The notes beneath the pieces are model-generated. The model was not told the DNA's origin. It made no database searches and saw only the letters and a list, made by a program, of their open reading frames with translations. From Candidatus Thiovulum imperiosus (lineage in GTDB: Bacteria > Campylobacterota > Campylobacteria > Campylobacterales > Thiovulaceae): a stretch of 64,000 bases of DNA. This document shows, piece after piece, positions 43,448 through 54,295 of the stretch. The stretch covers positions 23,104 through 87,103 of the forward strand of contig JAMJTW010000005.1 in the NCBI GenBank assembly GCA_024281175.1, in the 5' to 3' direction. Both the position numbers and the translations under genes were made by a program. Within the stretch, counting starts at the first letter, position 1; each line of letters begins with the position of its first letter.

Positions 43448-43723
43448 TTGATACCATTTAGTGATGAAGATTTAAAACCTGCTGTTCAAAATGTCATAGA
43501 GAAAATAAGACCAAATTTGGCTCTTGATGGTGGAGATATAAAATTTTTAGATGTATTAAATTCTAAAATATATGTTCAGCTTTTAGGTGCATGTGTTGGG
43601 TGTGCTAGTAGTGGAGATACTCTTAAATATGGTGTTGAAAGAGAATTGAAACTTCAGATACACCCAGACTTAAAAGTTGTCAATGTTCCTTTTGGAATGG
43701 AAAATAAATTAGACCAATTGTAG
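43448..43723 (+). CDS. NifU C-terminal-domain (Nfu-type) Fe-S scaffold protein
   Basis: Contains ALDGGDIKFLDV...VQLLGACVGCASS (CxxC). Confidence 0.8.
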   Translation: MIPFSDEDLKPAVQNVIEKIRPNLALDGGDIKFLDVLNSKIYVQLLGACVGCASSGDTLKYGVERELKLQIHPDLKVVNVPFGMENKLDQL

Positions 43724-43733
43724 GAGAAGAGAG

Positions 43734-44318
43734 ATGAATTTCTCTGAAAATAGAATGTTCCAAGATGCAGAAAACCTCTATTCAGGAAAGAACTATGAAA
43801 AAGCTATTCTGCTCTATTCTGAAATTTTAAAAGTAAATCCTTCTAATGAGAAAGCGAGAATGTTGGCAATTCTTACTGAAATGGTTATGAATAAAGAGAG
43901 TGGTGGTGAAGCTCTTTACGACTACTACTATATTCTTTTAAGCGAAAACATTCCAAATGCCGAAGGAATTATTCAAAATATACTGGACTCAATAGAGAAT
44001 AAGCAGTTAGAATTTGATGATTTATCGCCTGAAAATATTCAGCAACAACTTATGTATGCAGATGGAATTTCCTACTCTGAGTTTAAAGAGGTTGCTGTAA
44101 AAGAGAAAGGTTTTAAAAAGGCTTTTCAAGATATAACATTTACAACAAAAGTTATTATTACCAGCAAAAGAGATTTAATTGATTTCTTAAATCATTTAAT
44201 TAAGTATGGTTTTTATAGTTCTGCTATAAACTATTTAGATAATGCTTTAAGTACATTTCCAAATGATAAAAGCCTCCAATTTCTGGCAAATAAGTTAGGA
44301 ATAGAGAGTAGTAAATAA
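43734..44318 (+). CDS. Hypothetical protein, TPR-like N-terminus
   Basis: ORF with a plausible TPR helix pair (AENLYSGKNYEKAILLYSEILKVNPSNEKA). Confidence 0.4.
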   Translation: MNFSENRMFQDAENLYSGKNYEKAILLYSEILKVNPSNEKARMLAILTEMVMNKESGGEALYDYYYILLSENIPNAEGIIQNILDSIENKQLEFDDLSPENIQQQLMYADGISYSEFKEVAVKEKGFKKAFQDITFTTKVIITSKRDLIDFLNHLIKYGFYSSAINYLDNALSTFPNDKSLQFLANKLGIESSK

Positions 44319-44388
44319 GTAAAATTTAAACAACAATTTAACAAAATTATATATAATTGTCGGCATACAAAGTTGAAAGGTTTACCTT

Positions 44389-44937
44389 ATGGAACTCTTA
44401 GGTTTCTTGAAAGGGAGTAGACGGTTTCGGAAACCAAGACCCAATGATATTGAACATAGGTTTAGTCAAGGGGAGATACTGGTCTCGAAAACCAACACTC
44501 GAGGTATCATAACATACGCTAATGAAAAATTTATTGCTCTTTCTGGATATTCTCAAAAAGAGTTATTAGGACAACCTCATAATTTAACTCGACATCCAAA
44601 AATGCCCAGAATTATATTTAAACTTCTTTGGAAAGAGTTAAAAGCAGGACAAGAGATAAATGCTTATGTAGTAAATTTAGCCAAAGATGGTGGTTACTAC
44701 TGGGTTTTTGCTAATGTTACTCCATCTTTTGATGTTACTGGTAATATTATAGGATTTCACTCAACCAGAAGACGACCTAATCGAAAAGGATTAGCTGCTA
44801 TTAGACCTCTTTACGAGCTTTTAAGAAAGCATGAAATTGTAGGTGGTATAGATGCAAGTGAAATCATTTTACACTCATTTTTAAAAGAGAAAGGATTGGA
44901 CTATGACGAATTTATCTTCAATATCCAACACAGCTAA
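44389..44937 (+). CDS. Stand-alone Aer-type PAS-domain protein (CetB-like energy-taxis sensor)
   Basis: Contains [39 protein letters not shown]...[20 protein letters not shown]. Confidence 0.75.
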   Translation: MELLGFLKGSRRFRKPRPNDIEHRFSQGEILVSKTNTRGIITYANEKFIALSGYSQKELLGQPHNLTRHPKMPRIIFKLLWKELKAGQEINAYVVNLAKDGGYYWVFANVTPSFDVTGNIIGFHSTRRRPNRKGLAAIRPLYELLRKHEIVGGIDASEIILHSFLKEKGLDYDEFIFNIQHS

Positions 44938-46465
44938 AACAAATTACGCCCACATTATTGTAATAGTAATAGGTGCTATTACTATATATATAGTACAAGG
45001 ATTTGAACCTCTATTTTTTATGTTCAACGCAATGAATATATTGGTGGCTCTTTTAGGATTTTATTTTATTAAAAAAGAGCAAGAGATAATTAGACACACT
45101 TCTAAAGTTTTAGAAGAAGCTGTACGAGGAAATTTTGAAGTTCGAGATACTGGTGAAAAACTGGCTGGTCCAGTTGGAAGTTTAGCTTGGAATGTTAATA
45201 ACTTCTTAGACCAGATGGAGAGTTTCTTACGAGAAATTAATACTTCAGTAGATTATGCTGGAAAACAGGTTTTCTTCCGAAAAGTTCAGACAAATGGTTT
45301 GAATACTGGACTTACCCGTTCAGGAATTCTTATCAATCGTTCAGTAGAGTCGATGGAGCGAGAATATACAGATGAGCAAGAGAGTAAATTTATTAGTGAC
45401 TTGAGTGATGTTTCTAGTGGTGGAGCTAAATTTATTGATAACTTTACAACAATTCAGAGCCAACTTGCTGATACAACAAGCGAAATTTTTTCACTTGGAA
45501 AGAGTTCAGAAGAGATGGCTGAGCAGAGTGCTGAAAATAGAAAGATAATAGAGAAGATAGCTCATGACTTGGGAGACCTCATCGTCTATATCCAAGAAAA
45601 TGATGGTACAGTAGACTCACTTGTTCAGAAAGCTGTTGATATTGACTCTGTTGTAAAACTCATTAAAGATGTTGCTGAACAGACAAATCTTCTTGCACTA
45701 AATGCAGCAGTTGAGGCAGCAAGAGCTGGTGAGCATGGTCGAGGTTTTGCAGTTGTTGCTGATGAGGTTCGAAAACTTGCTGAAAAAACTCAAAAAGCTA
45801 CTCAAGAGATTTCTATCTCCATTCAAACTCTACAACAAGAGACCACAAGAATTCAGACTGTTTCTGAAAAAATGACAGATATCGCAGAATTTTCTTCAAT
45901 TGAGATGGATAGATTTAAAAATCAACTTCTTCTATTTGATTCTAAAACTAAAAATATCTTAAATGAGACTATTAAAATGGAGAATAAAACTTTTGTAATT
46001 CTCTCAAAAATTGACCACCTCCTCTTTAAAAGAGCTGCATTTGATAATATAGTTGAAAGAAATACTCATACTCACTTTGACGACCATATGGGATGTAGAC
46101 TTGGAAAATGGTATTCTGGAGAAGGACAAGTTCGATTTGGTGAATTTGAGTCATTTAAACTTCTTATAAATCCACACAAAACTTTCCATGACAAAATTCA
46201 CAATGCTATGAGAATTATTAAAGATAAAGAGCTAACAGGCAATGTTATTACTCAAGAGGATAGAAGTACTATTATTCATCTTTTTAAAGATGTAGAAACT
46301 GCTAGTGACTCTGTTTTCCAACTTCTTGATAAACTACTTGTTGAGTCTCAAGTTGAAGAAGAGAAACGAAAAAGTGAAGAGAAAGAGAAACTCATGAATA
46401 ATAAAATTGAGAGATTAAAAGCAGAAAGAAGAGAAGAGAGAGAAAAAGAAGAGGAGAATAGTTAG
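44903..46465 (+). CDS. Methyl-accepting chemotaxis protein with N-terminal TM hairpin and C-terminal CZB zinc-binding domain
   Basis: MCP signalling hairpin ([36 protein letters not shown]). CZB motifs are DHLLFK..., [12 protein letters not shown] and [10 protein letters not shown]. Confidence 0.8.
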   Translation: MTNLSSISNTAKTNYAHIIVIVIGAITIYIVQGFEPLFFMFNAMNILVALLGFYFIKKEQEIIRHTSKVLEEAVRGNFEVRDTGEKLAGPVGSLAWNVNNFLDQMESFLREINTSVDYAGKQVFFRKVQTNGLNTGLTRSGILINRSVESMEREYTDEQESKFISDLSDVSSGGAKFIDNFTTIQSQLADTTSEIFSLGKSSEEMAEQSAENRKIIEKIAHDLGDLIVYIQENDGTVDSLVQKAVDIDSVVKLIKDVAEQTNLLALNAAVEAARAGEHGRGFAVVADEVRKLAEKTQKATQEISISIQTLQQETTRIQTVSEKMTDIAEFSSIEMDRFKNQLLLFDSKTKNILNETIKMENKTFVILSKIDHLLFKRAAFDNIVERNTHTHFDDHMGCRLGKWYSGEGQVRFGEFESFKLLINPHKTFHDKIHNAMRIIKDKELTGNVITQEDRSTIIHLFKDVETASDSVFQLLDKLLVESQVEEEKRKSEEKEKLMNNKIERLKAERREEREKEEENS

Positions 46466-46506
46466 TCGGGTATTCTCCCCCACCCGATATATTTCTTGAA
46501 GTAAAA

Positions 46507-47601
46507 ATGAACATACATATTCCACACCCTAAAAAAGGAACAAACGCTGAAAATTATCGATTTCTAAAATGGTCTATTGAGAATGGAAAAGCATTTTGGA
46601 ATAAATATATTGTTAAAAACTCTTCTAAAGAGATTGATTGTATACATATAGATTTACAGCAAAAAAAGTTAGATGGTTTTGTATTTAACAACACAAATTT
46701 TTCAAATTCAAACTTCTCCTACACCATGTTTAAAGAGTGTCTTTTTATAAATAGTAAATTTAATGAAGCTACTCTCTTTAAAACAAACTTTCAAGATACA
46801 ACTTTTAGAAATTGTGACTTTTCAAAATTCAATTTTCAAAACAGCTCTTTAAAAGGAGCTACTTTTCATAATTGTAAATTGGATAGAACAGACTTTAGAA
46901 ATGTAGAATTTCTCTCTACTGTTGAATTCAAAAATAGTGATAGAGATAGTTCTTACACCTGCTTTGAAATAGTTGAAGAGCCTCAAATTCAAAATTTAGA
47001 ACCCGAGAAACTTATAATAGATTTTGATGAAGAGATAATCTATAAAACTCATAAAGAGGTTGTTGGCGAATTAATTGAAAAAGCAAAACTTTTAAAAGGA
47101 CACATCTATTATAAAGGAGTAGAGAGTCCAAATGGAAAGATTTCAAAATCTTGGAGTGAAGTTTGGGAAAATCTAATAAAATCCATGATGTTTTTACTAA
47201 ATAAACAGAAAGGAGATGCACTTTCTGAAGAACTTTTAAACTCTTTAGATTTAGAGTTTAAACAGATATATCATAAGGAACAGCAAGTTTTAGAAATTAT
47301 TATTGGATACTCAAAACCTGAAAGTGCTGTTAAGCAGATAATTAAAATCTCGCCAAGCTACTCTCTTATAATTCTCTCTATAATTTCTGGAATTGCTTCC
47401 ATACAAAACTCATATGATGAAGAGATACAGAAATTCTTTTTAGAAAGAGTTGCCAAGATTAATAAAGGTAGTAGAGAGTATCTTTTAATAAGTAAATTGA
47501 ATAAACTTCAAAAGGGACAGTCAAAAACAGTTCCTAAATTTATACAAAAAGCAGTGGAAAGAAGTGATACACCTTTGCCAACTTACAAAAAAGATTGGTA
47601 G
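46507..47601 (+). CDS. Pentapeptide-repeat protein, paralog of 19762..21210
   Basis: The N-terminus IPHPKKGTNAENYRFLKWSIENGKAFWNKY matches IPYPKDNTPEENVKFLEWCSENTKIEVWNKW. The pentapeptide array is shorter. The C-terminal domain is shared, including a hydrophobic helix (YSLIILSIISGIASIQNSY vs YAILTLGVVSGIVALNQDY). Confidence 0.75.
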   Translation: MNIHIPHPKKGTNAENYRFLKWSIENGKAFWNKYIVKNSSKEIDCIHIDLQQKKLDGFVFNNTNFSNSNFSYTMFKECLFINSKFNEATLFKTNFQDTTFRNCDFSKFNFQNSSLKGATFHNCKLDRTDFRNVEFLSTVEFKNSDRDSSYTCFEIVEEPQIQNLEPEKLIIDFDEEIIYKTHKEVVGELIEKAKLLKGHIYYKGVESPNGKISKSWSEVWENLIKSMMFLLNKQKGDALSEELLNSLDLEFKQIYHKEQQVLEIIIGYSKPESAVKQIIKISPSYSLIILSIISGIASIQNSYDEEIQKFFLERVAKINKGSREYLLISKLNKLQKGQSKTVPKFIQKAVERSDTPLPTYKKDW

Positions 47602-47640
47602 TTTTTTTGTTATTATTATAATAAAAGTGAATTAGAAAAT

Positions 47641-48630
47641 TTGAAACATATTTTGATAACTGGTGGAGCTGGATTTATCGGAAGTAACTTTATTCCATAC
47701 TTTTTAGAAAAGTATGAAAACTACTTCTTAGTAAATTTGGATTTGCTAACTTACGCTGGAAATTTAGAAAATTTGGAAGAAGTGGAAAACCACAATAGAT
47801 ACAAGTTTGTAAAAGGTGATATTTTAAATCGTGAACTTTTAGAGTATCTATTTTCAGAATACAAGTTTTTTGCAGTAATACATTTTGCAGCAGAGAGTCA
47901 TGTTGATAATTCTATCTTAAATCCTCACACTTTTATTGAAACAAATGTAAATGGAACTCACAACCTCATCGACATAGCTTATAAATTTTGGAAAGATAAA
48001 AGTATAGATGGTAGATTTCACCAAATCTCTACTGATGAGGTTTACGGCTCTCTTGGAAAAACTGGACTCTTTACAGAAAATACACCTTACGCCCCAAACT
48101 CTCCATATTCAGCAAGTAAGGCTGGTAGTGATATGGTTGTAAGAAGTTATCACCACACTTACGGAATGGATACAGTTATTACAAACTGCTCAAATAACTA
48201 TGGTGAAAAACAGCATGATGAAAAACTAATTCCTGTAATTATTAGAAATGCTTTACAAGGAAATCCAATTCCAATTTATGGAGATGGAAAAAATGTGAGA
48301 GATTGGCTATATGTTCTTGACCACTGCAAAGGAATAGATTTAGCTTTTCATAAAGGTAGAGCTGGAGAAACTTATAATATCGGTGGAAGAAATGAGAGAG
48401 AAAATATCTATATTGCAACTATGATTTGTGAAATATTAGACCAGAAAGTTCCAAAAGAGAGTAGTTATAAAAAACAGATAACTTATGTAACAGACCGTTT
48501 AGGACATGACCGAAGATATGCAATTGATGCTACAAAGATAGAAAAGGAACTTGGCTGGAGTGCTGATGAAAACTTTGAGAGTGGAATTATAAAAACAGTA
48601 GAGTGGTATTTGAAAAAATATGCTAAATAG
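47641..48630 (+). CDS. rfbB: dTDP-glucose 4,6-dehydratase
   Basis: TTG start. Contains ITGGAGFIGSNF, STDEVYG and YSASKAGSD. Confidence 0.92.
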   Translation: MKHILITGGAGFIGSNFIPYFLEKYENYFLVNLDLLTYAGNLENLEEVENHNRYKFVKGDILNRELLEYLFSEYKFFAVIHFAAESHVDNSILNPHTFIETNVNGTHNLIDIAYKFWKDKSIDGRFHQISTDEVYGSLGKTGLFTENTPYAPNSPYSASKAGSDMVVRSYHHTYGMDTVITNCSNNYGEKQHDEKLIPVIIRNALQGNPIPIYGDGKNVRDWLYVLDHCKGIDLAFHKGRAGETYNIGGRNERENIYIATMICEILDQKVPKESSYKKQITYVTDRLGHDRRYAIDATKIEKELGWSADENFESGIIKTVEWYLKKYAK

Positions 48631-49882
48631 AATTAAGGATAGTGACTTAAAAGAGCTTTTAAAAGGCTCTTCTATCGCATTCATATTTAAAATTTTAGGA
48701 ATGGGTTTAGGGTATATTTTTATACTTATAATTGCACAAAACTATGGTGCTGGTACAGTTGGACTTTTTACCCTTTCTCTTACTGTTTTAAATATATTTA
48801 CACTATTTGCTGTTTTTGGTTTTGAGAATGCTCTGGTGAAATTTGTGGCTCAAAAAAAAGATATAAAAGATACTTACAAAAAAGCACTTTCTATTTCAAT
48901 TCCTTTAGGAATTTTACTTTCTATTTCTCTTTATATCTCATCAGAATTTTTAGCAATTACAGTTTTCAAAAATGAGAGCCTCACTCCCTTTCTTCAAATA
49001 GTAGCTTTTGCAATATTGCCATTTACACTTATCAAAATAGATACAGCAATTTTCAGAGGTTTGAAAAATATAAAGCTCTACTCATTTTTTCAAAATAGTG
49101 CTATTTTTATTTTTGCAATTCCACTCCTTCTGCTTTTAGATTTTGATAATTTAAACTCTATTTATGCTCAAACCATTGCAATTTTCATAGTCTTCTTCCT
49201 TACTCTTTTCTATATTTTTAAAAATTTAAACTCCAATAGGGAAAAACTGGAATACAGCGAATTACTTAACCTATCTTTTCCAATGCTTTTAACTGCTTCT
49301 ATGGCTTTTATTATGGCTTGGACAGATATTATTATGCTTGGAATTTTTAGAAGCGAAGAGGAAGTTGGAATTTATGCTGTTGTTTTAAGATTGGCAAACT
49401 TAACAACTATATTTCTTTTTGCAACAAACTCAATTTTGGCTCCAAAGTTTTCAGAACTGTATAAAAGTGGCAATTTTGAAAAGTTGCGAAGAGTAGTACA
49501 AAATTCTACAAAAATTATAGTACTAAGTTCACTACCAATAGTTATAATTTTAATTCTTTTTCCAAACTATATTCTTTCTCTTTTTGGAGAAGAGTTTATT
49601 TTAGGTGTAACTGCCCTGTGGATACTTATGATAGGAAAGTTTATAAATGTTTTGAGTGGTTCAGTTGGATACCTTCTTAATATGACAAACTTTCATACAG
49701 TTTCTATGAAAATAGATTTTATTATTGTGATTATAAATGTAGCTTTAAACTATATATTAATTCCAAATTATGGACTAGAGGGTGCAGCAATTGCAACAGC
49801 AATTTCTATATCTTTAAACAATTTAATTAAATTTTATTTTGTAAAAAAAGAATTCGGTTTTTATACAATAGGAGTTAAATGA
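48620..49882 (+). CDS. Polysaccharide flippase (Wzx/MOP superfamily)
   Basis: 420 aa with about 12 hydrophobic helices, located in a glycan locus. Confidence 0.7.
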   Translation: MLNRIKDSDLKELLKGSSIAFIFKILGMGLGYIFILIIAQNYGAGTVGLFTLSLTVLNIFTLFAVFGFENALVKFVAQKKDIKDTYKKALSISIPLGILLSISLYISSEFLAITVFKNESLTPFLQIVAFAILPFTLIKIDTAIFRGLKNIKLYSFFQNSAIFIFAIPLLLLLDFDNLNSIYAQTIAIFIVFFLTLFYIFKNLNSNREKLEYSELLNLSFPMLLTASMAFIMAWTDIIMLGIFRSEEEVGIYAVVLRLANLTTIFLFATNSILAPKFSELYKSGNFEKLRRVVQNSTKIIVLSSLPIVIILILFPNYILSLFGEEFILGVTALWILMIGKFINVLSGSVGYLLNMTNFHTVSMKIDFIIVIINVALNYILIPNYGLEGAAIATAISISLNNLIKFYFVKKEFGFYTIGVK

Positions 49883-50730
49883 AAAGTTTATTTATAATAG
49901 GTGCAACAAAAAGTGGAACAACATCTCTTTTTAAATATTTAGCAGAACATAAAGAGATAAGTTCGAGTTTGCATAAAGAGATAAGATATTTCTTAAATAA
50001 AGATTTTCCTGCAAAAACAACTTTTGGAAACTATGACTCAAAAAGTATAGAAGAGTATTTAAAACTCTTTCCTAAAAGTAGATATTTCTTAGATGCTTCT
50101 CCAGACTATATTCATGATTTAAGTAGTGCTGAAAAGATATATGAAAACTTTCCAGATGCAAAAATAATTCTAATTTTAAGAGATCCAGTAGAGAGGATTT
50201 ACTCTTGGTATAGATTTGAATTACAAAATGGAGAAATTGGAGATATAAGTTTTGAAGAGTATTTGGAGATAGATAAGAATAGTAAATTTAGTAGAGTAGA
50301 ACAAGGTTTATACTCAAAGTACATCTTAAAATATTTAGAGTATTTTCCAAAAGAAAACTTTTTGACAATTTTTACAAAAGATTTAAAAGAGAAACCAGAA
50401 AATACACTTCAAGAAATTTGCAGTTTTTTAGAAATAGAAAATATATATCTAAATTATAATTTTAAAATTCACAACAAAACAGAAACTATGAGAAGTCCAA
50501 AATTACACTTGCTCTTCAGAAATATAAAAAGATTTATTAGAAAAAATTTTAGAAATATGGCTGGATATGAGAAAATACGAGATTTTATAAATAGAGAATA
50601 TGAAAAAATAAATGTAAAAGATGAAAGGAAAATTCCAATTTCTAATAAAACATATTTAGAGCTTCAAAAATATTATTCTGATGAAAAATTAGAAAGGGTA
50701 ATAGGAAAGAAACCTGCATGGAAAAAATAA
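49879..50730 (+). CDS. PAPS-dependent sulfotransferase
   Basis: 5'-PSB loop IIGATKSGTTSL and 3'-PB-like ILILRDPVERIYSWY. Confidence 0.75.
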   Translation: MKSLFIIGATKSGTTSLFKYLAEHKEISSSLHKEIRYFLNKDFPAKTTFGNYDSKSIEEYLKLFPKSRYFLDASPDYIHDLSSAEKIYENFPDAKIILILRDPVERIYSWYRFELQNGEIGDISFEEYLEIDKNSKFSRVEQGLYSKYILKYLEYFPKENFLTIFTKDLKEKPENTLQEICSFLEIENIYLNYNFKIHNKTETMRSPKLHLLFRNIKRFIRKNFRNMAGYEKIRDFINREYEKINVKDERKIPISNKTYLELQKYYSDEKLERVIGKKPAWKK

Positions 50731-51018
50731 ATTTATTTATAATTGGTGGACAAAAAACAGGTAGCACTTCACTCTTTAACTATCTAAAAAAACATCCCAA
50801 AATCATCTCTCATGAACAGAGAGAACTAACTCTATTTTTAAATGAGTTTAAAGATGTAACACTACTTTACAAATATATTTTAGGATTGGAAAATAAAAGG
50901 GCTGATGAGGTTGCTCTTGGAAAATCGATTATGAATTTCTACTGTACAGAAACTCCAAACAAAAGAAAAGTTGAAAGAGAAGTTTCGTGAAGATATTCAA
51001 AAACTTGAAACTATTTGA
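50718..51018 (+). pseudogene. Second sulfotransferase gene, internally deleted/frameshifted remnant
   Basis: The N-terminal 90 aa keep the PSB loop (FIIGGQKTGSTSLFNYL). After the stop at 50988-50990, another frame reads KEKLKEKFREDIQKLETI*, which looks like a sulfotransferase C-terminal tail. The middle of the gene is missing. Confidence 0.5.
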
Positions 51019-51032
51019 AATAGGAAGTTGAA

Positions 51033-51893
51033 TTGGCTGTAAATAGAATCATTCAAATTTTTCGTTTAGATTCTCTATACTCATTTTTTAGAAAAGATAA
51101 GTGTTCTATTCTTATGTTTCATAGAGTTGTAAAAGATGTAAGAATTGCTGGAATTGAGATTTCTGAAGAGAGCTTCAAATCTTTAATAGATTATCTTAAA
51201 GAAGAATTCGAAATAGTCTCTTTAAATAGTATCTCAAAGTCAGAAAAGAGATGTGCAATTTTAACTTTTGATGATGGATATAAAGATAATTATACTTTTG
51301 TATATCCATATCTTACAGAAAGAAATATCCCTTTTACGATATATATCACAACAGATTTTCTTGATAAAAAAGCAATATTGTGGTGGTATCTTTTAAAAGA
51401 TTTAGGAAAAGATGAGTTAGTAAAATCTATTAGAAATGGAGAGATAGAACCAGAAGAGCTATTTAGGGAAAATGGAGTTTCTCCAGAACAGTATGTTGAA
51501 GAGACTCTAAATTGGGAGGAGCTGAAAGAGATGAGTAGAAGTTCTCTTGTTACAATTGGAGGACATACAACTTCTCATCCAAATTTGAGACTACTAGAAA
51601 GTAGCGGTGTAGAGTTTGAAATAGGTGTCTCAAAACAGAGGTTGGAAGAGGAACTGGAAATTCCAATAGAACATTTTGCCTATCCTTATGGAGGAAAAAG
51701 TGAAGCTGATGAGGTTACATATAGTATTACGGAGAAATTTGGTTTTAAAACAGCAGTTACAACAGTAGAAGATAATGTAAGAGACCAACAGAGTATCGCT
51801 CTTCCAAGAATTCCAATTAGTGGTAACTCCTCTCTTGGAGATATAAAAGTACGACTCAGTGGTATTTTTAGTTTAAAGAATTACTTAAGATAG
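51033..51893 (+). CDS. Polysaccharide deacetylase (NodB homology domain)
   Basis: Contains ILTFDDGYKDNY and IGGHTTSHPNL. Confidence 0.8.
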   Translation: MAVNRIIQIFRLDSLYSFFRKDKCSILMFHRVVKDVRIAGIEISEESFKSLIDYLKEEFEIVSLNSISKSEKRCAILTFDDGYKDNYTFVYPYLTERNIPFTIYITTDFLDKKAILWWYLLKDLGKDELVKSIRNGEIEPEELFRENGVSPEQYVEETLNWEELKEMSRSSLVTIGGHTTSHPNLRLLESSGVEFEIGVSKQRLEEELEIPIEHFAYPYGGKSEADEVTYSITEKFGFKTAVTTVEDNVRDQQSIALPRIPISGNSSLGDIKVRLSGIFSLKNYLR

Positions 51894-51897
51894 GCTT

Positions 51898-53118
51898 TTG
51901 TATATAATATCCACATATTTAATTTATTTATTAGTTATTACTATAATTTTTAATAATTTTTTTAAATTTTTAACTGGTGCTGAAATTATTTCTTTAGCTG
52001 ATGAGGTACTTTTTATATGGGTAATATTCTATATTACTTATGAAGTTCTATTAAATAGAATGCATAAATTTATAGGTATCCTATTTTCCGTAGTAGCACT
52101 TTTTATAACAGTTTCTATTTATACTGGAAATTCACCCCTATTTAAAATAGTTGTTCAAGCTATTTTACATATCAAATTTTTTCTATTTGCATATTTCTTT
52201 TATAAACAGAGAGCTTACATAAATTTGTACTTTCTTTTTAAAACTATATTTTTTATAACTTTATTAGGAATACTTGTAAATTTATTTTTAGGGAGTAGCT
52301 ACTATTCAATAGTGGGAGTTACTGAAATATATAGAAGTGAATTACTTCCTAGAATTATCGGTTTTCAATTTAATGCAAATCTTCTATCTTTAGTTTTGTC
52401 TGTATCTTATATTTATATTTCACTAGCTTTAAAGACAACAACTAGAAAATTTATTTTTATAACTTCTGGATTTACTATTTTAATACTGCTTACAGGTTCA
52501 AGGTCAGCTCTAGTTGTTTTTCCAATAGTTGCATATATCTTCTTCATGGCGAAAGAAGATATTAGAAGAGTGTTTAAAATCGCAATTTCTATATTTATAA
52601 CTCTGATATTTCTATCTATACTTTTCTATTTAAGAGATAGTGATATATTTTTAAAGACTTCAGAAAATATATCACTTATGACAGATGCTGAAGATACACT
52701 TTATATTAGAGCTATTATGATTTATTACTCATTTATTTTAGCAGAAGAGTATTTTCCATTTGGTGCAGGAGTTGCTACTTTTGGCTCTGTTCTCTCACAA
52801 AACAGTGTTATATACCAAAAACTAGGCATAGCACATTTACACTTTTTTGAAGAGATGGAAGGAGTTTATGATAGTAATTTAGCTTCTATTTTAGGAGAGT
52901 TAGGAATTTTTGGTATAGCTGTCTACATATTTCTACTATATAAAACTTATAAACTATTTAATTTCTCAAATAGAGTCTATATCTTTGCACTCACTATTTT
53001 TATATTTTTGATATCATCAAAAACAGCTGTTTTCTTTCAAGGATATTCAAGTACTCTTTTTGGAATTGGCTTAGCTATGGCAGGAGGCAGAAGAGATGAA
53101 AATATTGCAGATAAATAA
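51898..53118 (+). CDS. O-antigen polymerase/ligase-like (Wzy/WaaL-type) membrane protein
   Basis: 406 aa with 10 or more TM helices and a central loop containing ...LLTGSRSALV... in the glycan locus. Confidence 0.55.
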   Translation: MYIISTYLIYLLVITIIFNNFFKFLTGAEIISLADEVLFIWVIFYITYEVLLNRMHKFIGILFSVVALFITVSIYTGNSPLFKIVVQAILHIKFFLFAYFFYKQRAYINLYFLFKTIFFITLLGILVNLFLGSSYYSIVGVTEIYRSELLPRIIGFQFNANLLSLVLSVSYIYISLALKTTTRKFIFITSGFTILILLTGSRSALVVFPIVAYIFFMAKEDIRRVFKIAISIFITLIFLSILFYLRDSDIFLKTSENISLMTDAEDTLYIRAIMIYYSFILAEEYFPFGAGVATFGSVLSQNSVIYQKLGIAHLHFFEEMEGVYDSNLASILGELGIFGIAVYIFLLYKTYKLFNFSNRVYIFALTIFIFLISSKTAVFFQGYSSTLFGIGLAMAGGRRDENIADK

Positions 53119-54295
53119 TTACCACTATTTAAGAGGTGGTTCTGAAAAGGTATACTTTGAGACAAGTAGGGTTTTACAGGATGCTGGGCATAAAGTGATA
53201 CACTTCAGTATTTTAGAAGAGAGTATTGAAGAATCTCCTACAAAAAACTATTTTGTGAAAAATCCAGATTTTTTAAATGTTTCAACTTTAAAAAAAATTG
53301 TTTCAATTCCAAGATTTTTTTATTCAAAAGAATCTGCAAAAAATTTGGAGAAGTTACTTAAGAAAGAGAAACCAGATATTGCTCATCTTCACATATTTTA
53401 TAGTCGGCTAACCTCATCAATACTACCAATTTTGAAGAGATATAACATTCCAACTGTAATGACAGTTCATGAATACAAGATGTTATGTCCAGCTTATCTA
53501 TTTTTAAATTCAAAAAATGAGATTTGTGAAAAGTGTGCAACTGGAAATGTCTTAAGTGCAATTTCAAATAAGTGTAATAAAGGAAGTGTTTTATACAGCA
53601 TAATTTCAGCATTTGAGAGTAAATTTCGAGACATATTCTTCCCTTATGAAAAATATATAGACCATTTTATAATGGTTAGTGACTTTATTCAGAAGAAGCA
53701 TTTAGAGTATAAGCCAAGTTTGAAAAGTTCAGTAATAAATAATTTTGTAGAGACTAGAGAAGAGCCAAATTATAAAATGGGAGATTACTATCTCTACTTT
53801 GGAAGAATTTCTGAAGAGAAAGGAGTTGGAAAACTTCTTGAGTTTTGGAGAGAAATACCAGAGAAATTGGTTGTTATTGGAGATGGAGATTTTAAAAGTG
53901 AGTTGCCACAATTACAAAATGTAGAGTTTTTAGGTTCTCGTTTTGGAGTAGAGCTACAAGAATATATCTCAAATTCTAAATTTGTAATTTTCCCATCAAT
54001 TGTTTATGAAACATTTGGTCTTGGAATTCTTGAAGCATATTCACTTGGAAAGCCTGTTATAGCGTCTGATTTTGGAAACTATCCAAACTTAGTAAATAGT
54101 GAAACTGGTTTTCTTGTTTCAGGTTTTGAGAAAGATAAGTTTTTAGAGAAATTCCAAAGCAGTAGAGAAGTTGAAGAAAAAGAGTATCTGAAAATGTCTA
54201 AAAGAGCTTTTGAAATTTCTAAACAATTTAATGAAGAAAAATATTTAAATGAGCTTATAAAAGTTTACAAAAATGTCTTATCACCTTTTATTTAA
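53096..54295 (+). CDS. Glycosyltransferase family 4
   Basis: GT-B C-terminal signature region (YFGRISEEKGV...FPSIVYETFGLGILEAYSLGKPVIASD). Confidence 0.8.
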   Translation: MKILQINNYHYLRGGSEKVYFETSRVLQDAGHKVIHFSILEESIEESPTKNYFVKNPDFLNVSTLKKIVSIPRFFYSKESAKNLEKLLKKEKPDIAHLHIFYSRLTSSILPILKRYNIPTVMTVHEYKMLCPAYLFLNSKNEICEKCATGNVLSAISNKCNKGSVLYSIISAFESKFRDIFFPYEKYIDHFIMVSDFIQKKHLEYKPSLKSSVINNFVETREEPNYKMGDYYLYFGRISEEKGVGKLLEFWREIPEKLVVIGDGDFKSELPQLQNVEFLGSRFGVELQEYISNSKFVIFPSIVYETFGLGILEAYSLGKPVIASDFGNYPNLVNSETGFLVSGFEKDKFLEKFQSSREVEEKEYLKMSKRAFEISKQFNEEKYLNELIKVYKNVLSPFI

